DNA of 64,000 nucleotides, from NCBI GenBank assembly GCA_965649765.1, contig OZ287757.1, positions 30,256,001 to 30,320,000 of the forward strand. The letters are read 5' to 3'. A program made the translations under genes and the position numbers. The stretch comes from Bispira polyomma. Lineage: Eukaryota. Below are positions 56,751-64,000 of this stretch, piece by piece. The notes under the pieces were generated by a model. It saw nothing but the letters and a program-made list of their open reading frames with translations. It did no database searches and was not told the DNA's origin. How positions within the stretch are numbered: position 1 is the stretch's first letter; every line of letters begins with the position of its first letter.

Positions 56751-57259
56751 CAACATGTTTTACTATTTAACATTTACGAAGAAGCATCTTCATTACTATT
56801 TAAAAATATTTTTACCCAAAACCAAATAATCCCCGGGGACTATTTAAATTGCAAACCAAAACTAAATAATCCCCCCAGGGATTTTTGGAGAGACATTCAA
56901 TAAAACAAGATGTCATAATGGTAAATTAAAATAAAACCCTAGTCTGAAATATGAAATTTTGGCCCTCAACTCTCTATTATGGTTGTTATTGCATCCCTTA
57001 ACTTTGCGTGACTTTAAGCATATCGCTGCATGTGCTCTTTATGAAACTGTTTCACAATTTTCGACTACTAGGGTGGCACTGGCTTCAGCCTACCCTTGGC
57101 CTCTGCCACTTCAAAGGTTCACATTGACTTTCTATTGATTTTACTTGGTGGCCGACATCAAGGGTATGCAGAAGCCAGCGCCACCCATGTAGTGTTGGAA
57201 GTTTTAATACAAATACATAAATTTGAAAGTGTTTGGATTATTTATCTGTTTTTTTTTAG

Positions 57260-57383
57260 TGATCATCATCACACAATGGAAGGTTCGATGACCAGAGGTC
57301 ATAGTAACGGATAGAACAGGAGTTATGAAGTGTGTGAAGTTCAGCAATGGTGAAGTTTGAACTTCTAAGCTTTGACAAATAAG
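57260..57383 (+). other. Candidate 5'UTR exon of the zinc-finger gene
   Basis: Strong poly-T+AG acceptor at 57258-59; donor AAG|GTGAAG; contains three short closed ATG ORFs. Confidence 0.45.
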
Positions 57384-58396
57384 GTGAAGAATATATTTGT
57401 GAGAGCGATTGAGAGTTTATAAAGTGGAATTTTTGTTGACAGAACTTCTATCTATGAATAGCTATAATGTAGAGGCCATTTCAATACCGAAACTGATTTG
57501 ATAAGGTACCCAGGGCCATGTCGATGGGACCCATATCTGTTATAATGGGTTACTAAGATAATTATATCAGATTTTAAATAAATTTACTAAAAAAAAATTC
57601 CAATATAACTTGGATACTTATACTTAATCATTATTTGCACCTAAGTAGGGTGCCAGATTGTTGTAATGGTGTGTAACAGCTATTATTAGTTAGATTAATC
57701 AAGATACATAAGTGAATGTCATTGGTCTTATGTTTACCTTAATTTTTTAAGTAGTGCTATATGGCATGGTTGATATGTTGTAAAAAAATCATGTTAAATT
57801 GATTATTATTGGACTGATGGTATGAATTATTTTTGACCTTGATTTGTAACTCTGGCTGAGGTACACTGCTGGAACAACTTTATTTCAGTGTATAATGTAG
57901 AAGCTAATACTTATTATGAAATCATTAAAAAAATTAAAGCTATCCATTGCTATCTCGTTATAAATATATATGGTATATTTAAATTTGAGGCTGATAATAA
58001 GAGTAGAATTATTGTAATTGATAGACATAAATAGAGTGATTTAATTATAAAATTTGTGTTCAAATTTTTACTTTGTATCATGTCCCCTTTCTCCGGGCTT
58101 CAAAGTGCTTATAATGGTATTTTCTTGCTTAACAAAGTTTAACAAATAGGCATCAGTAAATCTTAATCCCATAATTAAAGATAGGTAATATCAAAATTTA
58201 TCCACTGGGCCACACAGGGGCAAATGAGACTACAGTTTAAACCCTTTAGGTCAAAGGTCATGGGACCAGGACACTTGCCTCTACTTTCTACTAAATATGT
58301 AAATAGGGTCAGTTTGAATATAAAATATCTTCGTGGACCACAAATATTTCTCCACATAAAGGGTAAGTTGACTGTATTTTATTGACTGTTCCAGAT

Positions 58397-58583
58397 ATGG
58401 GAGACTTGGCAGGTATCCCGTTTAGTGAGAGGGCACTGCAGGAACTCCTTATCCTGCAGTCAGCTCACGAGTTTGGGGTGCTGCAGTTTGTGAGTATTGA
58501 TGTCAAAATGCGGTGTCTCCTGTGTGATATGTGTGCTGAAGGTGCAGAGAGTGTGTTGAATCATGTGCAGAATCAACATGCTG
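58397..58583 (+). CDS. C2H2 zinc-finger protein, first coding exon
   Basis: TTCCAG|AT ATG; MGDLAGIPF...RCLLCDMCAEGAESVLNHVQNQHA (C2H2 finger); donor G|GTGAGC, phase 1. Confidence 0.8.
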
Positions 58584-59232
58584 GTGAGCTGTTTTGTGTT
58601 CTTGAATATTGTGTGAATATAACTTACAGTAAACTAGTAGGTGGACGATTAGACGTGTGCTCGAATAATCGTCCGTGATACTGTATGATTGTGGTCGATC
58701 AGTCTCAATTTTATATAATCGATTATTCACCAAATCCTGTTCCTAATTTCAACTAATAAGATATTTTTGTTTAATTTTATTGTCATTTTTTTAGTTTTTA
58801 TGTCAAATAAAGCCTTTTTTTGCTCTTTTATGTGTGTTTTTGTTTACCGCCATGTTTACCAGAAGTCATATAGGTAAGCGGTAGATACTAAATGTCGAAG
58901 GTCTGAATCCAGCCAAATTCTTTTACGCGACCACAATTTATTCGGCTCGGAATTGCATGGGGAATACCTTGATATTTCATCGGTCGGACAATTAGGCAAT
59001 AATTAATTTACCTGCAAATTACAGACCGATTCCCAACACTACAGTAAACCCCAATATTTATACAGTGTGTGATACCTTTTTGTAAAAGTCGCGATGAGAG
59101 GTTGGCTACCTATTCCTTCCTGAGCCTAATTATGTATATATTGTTAAAAAGGGTAAATATAAATTCTTCCTTGTTCCGAAATATAATTCCAAAGTACGCA
59201 GGTTAAAATTAAAAGTTTTGTAAATGATCCTC

Positions 59233-59330
59233 CTACTCTGGAATAGGTTATCCCAACACATTAGAACAGCTCCACCACTGCATTCTTTCTGGCATAGTTT
59301 AAAGACCTATTTGTTCAATGATGCATCGCC
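59233..59330 (+). mobile_element. L2 3'-end fragment
   Basis: Translates LWNRLSQHIRTAPPLHSFWHSLKTYLF, homologous to the WNSLP..LKAYLF end of the L2 ORF. Confidence 0.65.
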
Positions 59331-59619
59331 TCGATAGTCTGTTTCCTGTTCTATTTAGACGTATTGATGATGACTTCCTTCTGCCAATCAATTATTATTT
59401 TTGGTTCTGGGGGGTTCAGCTCGTTTCTGAACACCTCTCTATACTAAACACTTTTTCTTGGTTCCATTATATCAAAAGTAAATTGTACAGTATATCCAAG
59501 ACGTTAGCCATAACTAGAACAAAAGTCCTGTGGATATTGAACAATTTGATTTGTAAAGAGTTTACTGTGTTTAAAGAGTTTAATGAGAGTTTAAAGAGTT
59601 TAATGTGTTTTATTTTCAG

Positions 59620-59705
59620 TTGTACCGCCTGTGCCATTACCAAATGGTGTATTTGATAATAAAACAGGATGTCACACAGAACTTGAGAGATTGACTGATA
59701 TTCAA
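59620..59705 (+). CDS. C2H2 zinc-finger protein, exon 2
   Basis: TTTTCAG|...CAA|GTAAGT; 86 nt converts phase 1 to 0; open frame VVPPVPLPNGVFDNKTGCHTELERLTDIQ. Confidence 0.75.
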
Positions 59706-60026
59706 GTAAGTACTAAACAGTTTCGGCAGGCAACTTGAATTTTAGCAACTTGTACTTAAATGCACAATCTCTCAAGAACAGAAATGTAGAGCTTATTTTC
59801 GATTCACCAAGGTATAAAAAGGTACACAGTATAACTTTTTCGAAAAAAATTAAATTTTGCTACCATCTTGCCAATTTTATTGCAACATCCCACTGTGATT
59901 TGAAGCATGTCTTGATAGATGTCTGTAATACCCATCTAAATCTAAAGCAAGTTTCACCCTCCTCTGTTTTGTAACAACATACAGTTTTAATGTGTTTTTG
60001 GCGCGATATAGATTTAAAGACATATG

Positions 60027-60284
60027 TCCAAAGTACCCCTCTTATTATTAGTGTGATAATTGTTAGTACATCTCACTTGGATAGCTCTTAATACTTGCTT
60101 AATACATTATAAACTTGAATGAATTTTACAAGAACAAGTATCATTGTGCGGTCTCCAAAGCACCCCTCTTATTATTAGTGTGATAATTGTTAGTACATCT
60201 CACTTGGATGGCTCTTAATACTTGCTTAATACATTATAAACTTTAATGAATTTTACAAGGACAAGTATCATTGTGTGGTCTCCA
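60027..60284. repeat. 127-bp tandem duplication
   Basis: Two near-identical units start at 60027 and 60154. Confidence 0.92.
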
Positions 60285-60573
60285 GTGGTCTAGTAGTTAG
60301 GTAGTTGGTCTGGTGATTAAAAGCTCCCCGGTTTGACTCCTGGTATTACTGTAATGGTCATGGGGTAATTATTATCCTTGGATAAGATGTGAGCATTTCA
60401 TTGTCTACTGATGACGAAGAATTTGCTATGCATTAAAATCATTTGTCAATAGTTAATAGATTGTGATGATGATGCTTGGTATCGATAATGCACTTAAAAA
60501 CCACAACAAATTAAAATAATGACGATTTCTACTTAAACCTGAGTTATTTTTTTTGTCTGATCTTTTTTCCCAG

Positions 60574-62017
60574 AAACAGAGCGAACCTTCAATCTATGAA
60601 GAAGAACAGGACACCCTCTTTGATTTTGACTTCAAACCACCGATGTTGGACTTACAGTCCGAATTTGACTTCCAAAATGATGGTGCTTTACATGTGATGT
60701 ATACTCAAGATATTATTTCAACTGGTGCAAATGTCAAAGAGGTATCTTTGGGTCCCTCGGGTAGCTGCGTAAAACAGAATTTGTGCGGTTTGAGCGATCA
60801 GAGTCTTTGTAATCCTTCCGAGCCTATTCCTCCAAATGTGGGGAATTCTTCTTGCCAGGCTGCCATTATCAGGGAAATTGCTATTCAGTCATGTGATCAG
60901 ATGTCAACCAATCAAATCAGTCCTCAAGAAGCCAAGTGTGATCTGCCACCCCTAGTTGCCAGCCAGGAATGTGAGCAGCCATTCCAGCTCGATTCCGATA
61001 GCAGTGCTATTGTTTCTTATGTAGCTATTTTGGGTGAAAGTGCCCAGGCAGCCGATTCTGGTTCAAGTGTAAACACTGTTTCGTCCGATGGTGTGAGCAC
61101 AGAAAATACTCCTTATTTTGATCTGGATTCCACTGTGGAAGGGATGCCTGATGAAGTAGCCCAGCAGGGTAGCTATTCGGAGTTCAGTGTTTTACCCGTT
61201 GTTGCGGACAATAATATCGCCAACATTGCAAGTCATAAGCCTTGTCCTGAGGAGATTGACCCCACTAGTTTTGATGTCAGTAATATGGCTACAGTAGGCA
61301 ATGGTAGGGATTCTTGCTTTAGGGAGAACCATAAGATTGATACCTCTTGCATTACGACAATAAATGAGAAGGATTTTATGGATGATTTTAGCTGTAAAGA
61401 CGATCCAGGGAGAAATGCTGGATTAGGTGCGGATGAAGAAGTTGTCGATAAACTATCAACTGCAGAACACTCGTATAGTAAGATGAAAACCATAAAGACT
61501 GAAGAAGCATATCAAAGTATGGAAAGTGACAAAATTGTGGGGGGTAATAAGAATTATAATAAATGTTGTGAGGATATTCCTGCAAGTACAATGTGCATAG
61601 TAGAAGATCAAGAAAAGATAAGGCAGAATTTGTCTTGTCATAAAGACGATGAAGCTGCAAGTAAGAAATCCTCCAAAATGAAAGAAATTCAAAACGGTGC
61701 TCTAATGAAAGATGTAGGCTATAGTTTTATAATTAAAGAGAAGCCATCTTACTGTGATATTGAAGATGATGTAGCTGGGACTAATAATGGGACGGCCAGT
61801 CGTAGTAATTTACCTGTGACTGGAGATAAACCAGATCAGAATCGGTCCAGCAAAGACGAGCTGTGTGAAGCAGTAGAGAGAAGATTAAGGGATTCAACTG
61901 ATACTAAAAAAAATATGAGAATCGTTAGAAAGAAGAATAGAGCACCAGAGAAAAAAATGGACTATAAGTGGAAAACAAGTGTAGTCTTAGCTACATGTGC
62001 AGGAAGTATTCTCAAGG
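60574..62017 (+). CDS. C2H2 zinc-finger protein, large acidic Ser-rich exon
   Basis: TTTTCCCAG acceptor in frame with the 491-aa ORF; donor G|GTAAGT at 62018. Confidence 0.85.
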
Positions 62018-62322
62018 GTAAGTTGTAGATCATGATTGTAGTAGTCGGGAAATTGTTAATTTTAAACAATATGTATTTTTTGGGTTCCATGTCAGCTTAC
62101 TACCTTTGTAATTTTGTTGAGGGGTGGAATCTATGAAAATGTATGATTTTTATCTGAAAGGCTTAAAAACAAAATTAAATACTCTCTCCAAAAATTGTAT
62201 GCTGCTTCTCATAAATTTGGCTTTCAGGTATTTTGAAATACATGTAATAAAAAGTAGAGTCATGTCACTATATAATTATATTCTACTCTATGTAAAATTT
62301 TATAATTATGTTATCTTTTTAG

Positions 62323-64000
62323 AGAATGATCTAAAAGGAGATTCACAAATGTCAGTAAAAAAGAGAAATTTAAAACAAGAAGAAAGTACAGTAGAAAGCA
62401 CAAGCACTAAAAGTAATTTGACAAACTTAGTCACTGCCAAGTCTACAGGTAAGAGAAGAAGAAAGAATAACCCAGAGAAAGATATCGCAGGGCCATGTAT
62501 AAAGAAATCAAATTCAAATAAGGGTGAACTCACTGTGGTAAATTTAACAGAAGCACATATAATTACACCTGACGAAAAATCTGGTGTACATTCAGTGGCC
62601 AGTAAATCACGTCCTGTGAATAACAGTATATATAAAGATGTCCTTGAAGGCAATGATAACAGAAAGTCGACGGAGAAAAAACAGACTAAACAGAAGGGGG
62701 AGAATAAAAACCATAATAAGAATCGAGCAACGATCTATAAATGGAAGGAAGCCAGTAAATCTACATCCGATATAGAAAAAGAGAAAAGACCTCTAACATG
62801 TGTGTATTGTGCTGAACAATTCCCCAGTATTGCTGAATGTTTTCAACATTATGAGGAAGTTCACAATGACGGGCTGCAGTCAAGGGTGGAGAAAACCAAC
62901 CAGACATTAATGTCCGAAAATGTGAAGAAGCTGAGAAATGTTTATATCACATCAAGAACTGGTAAGGATTATGTAGATGATTTTGGAATTGGAATCCGTG
63001 TTGATATACGTATGTTGAAAATGCTCGCCAAAGGGGATAAAGGTGCAGTCAGAAAACTACAAGGGAGTGATGATGTTGATTTCGAAGACGTTGGTCACTG
63101 TTTAACTTCTGATGACAGTGAGACGACAGAGAATGCTGATGATAATTCAAGCACAGATGCGGCAGACTTGCTGAAATCAAAGAGGAAAGCCACCAATTCA
63201 GACAGATATAGAACCTGCCCTTTATGCTATCAGAAATTAAAAAAAGATGCTTTAGAATCTCATGTGGCTGTAGTCCATTACTGGAATCGTGTATCCAGGA
63301 ATAATCACTCGTCTGGAGAGTTTGTATGTGAGCTGTGCTCTAAGGTATTTAAATACAAGAAAAATCTAGATTCGCATAGAAAGGGAGTACATGAGGGCCA
63401 GAGAAGATACAACAGTTACAGTTCCCGTCCGGAGCTGAAGTGCGAGTCTTGTGACTATGTCAGTAAAGAAAGAAGGCGCCTAGAAGTCCATGTACAGTCC
63501 AAACATATGGGGTTGATGCCGTACAAGTGCCAGTATTGTGAGTTTACCAGTAGAGAAAGGACTGCAATGAAAGACCATACGTACCGCCATTTCAAACAGA
63601 AGCCAGTCTCGTGTGCATACTGTGACTTTGCCTGCATACAAAAGTCATCAATGAAAACTCATCTAGCCAAAAAGCATAACGTTGTCCTCCCGACTTTGAG
63701 TTCCTGCAAACAATTGAGTAGTACATCTGAAGGTCGGCTGAAGAGACTGTCCATCCTAAAAGAGCATAAGAAACACATGACCATAAATAGCATCAGCGAT
63801 ATTGATGTGAAAAAGATAGATATCCATGCGTTGTTAGGACCTACCTACAGTGAAAAAGAGTTAAAAGACCAGAAAGCTGAGAAGACACTAATAGAAAATG
63901 AAAATGACAAATCAGCTGGTGTCATAAGTTCAGAATCACAGACTGAGGATGGGCTTAGTGAAACATCAGAGAAAGATTCCTTATTGTGCAAATTAACACA
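62323..64000 (+). CDS. C2H2 zinc-finger protein, finger-bearing exon (open to window end)
   Basis: TTTTTAG acceptor; open frame with 6 C2H2 fingers (CVYC..HYEEVH, CPLC..HVAVVH, CELC..HRKGVH, CESC..HVQSKH, CQYC..HTYRH, CAYC..HLAKKH). Absent from the ORF track because no stop falls in the window. Confidence 0.92.

Noticed and set aside
56541-56756. Repetitive ORFs on both strands
   Set aside because: By-product of a 42-bp (3n) tandem repeat.
61233-63637. Minus-strand ORFs over the ZNF exons
   Set aside because: Antisense shadows with no motifs or splice support.

Overview
AT-rich eukaryotic genomic DNA, probably from a lophotrochozoan or mollusc (inferred from the SINE, MITE and L2 repertoire). 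Three spliced genes can be assembled by hand with GT-AG introns and consistent phases. (1) TMCO3, a CPA2/Kef-like cation:proton antiporter, on the minus strand: 9 coding exons from 14898 to 110, continuing off the left edge. (2) AMMECR1 on the minus strand: 5 coding exons, 50334 to 33441, 347 aa, with a long His/Asn/Gly/Gln-rich C-terminal tail. (3) A large C2H2 zinc-finger gene on the plus strand from 58397, running off the right edge and head-to-head with AMMECR1. Introns and intergenic DNA are filled with L2-clade LINE fragments, tRNA-derived SINEs, several MITE families and minisatellites. The most notable oddities are a five-fold tandem amplification of a TMCO3 splice acceptor and exon start, a 5' splice-site motif just after the AMMECR1 stop that has a 16-nt perfect complement 5.9 kb downstream, and a minisatellite derived from a MITE terminus. 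No prokaryotic or CRISPR system is present. All calls are from manual reading; no searches were run.
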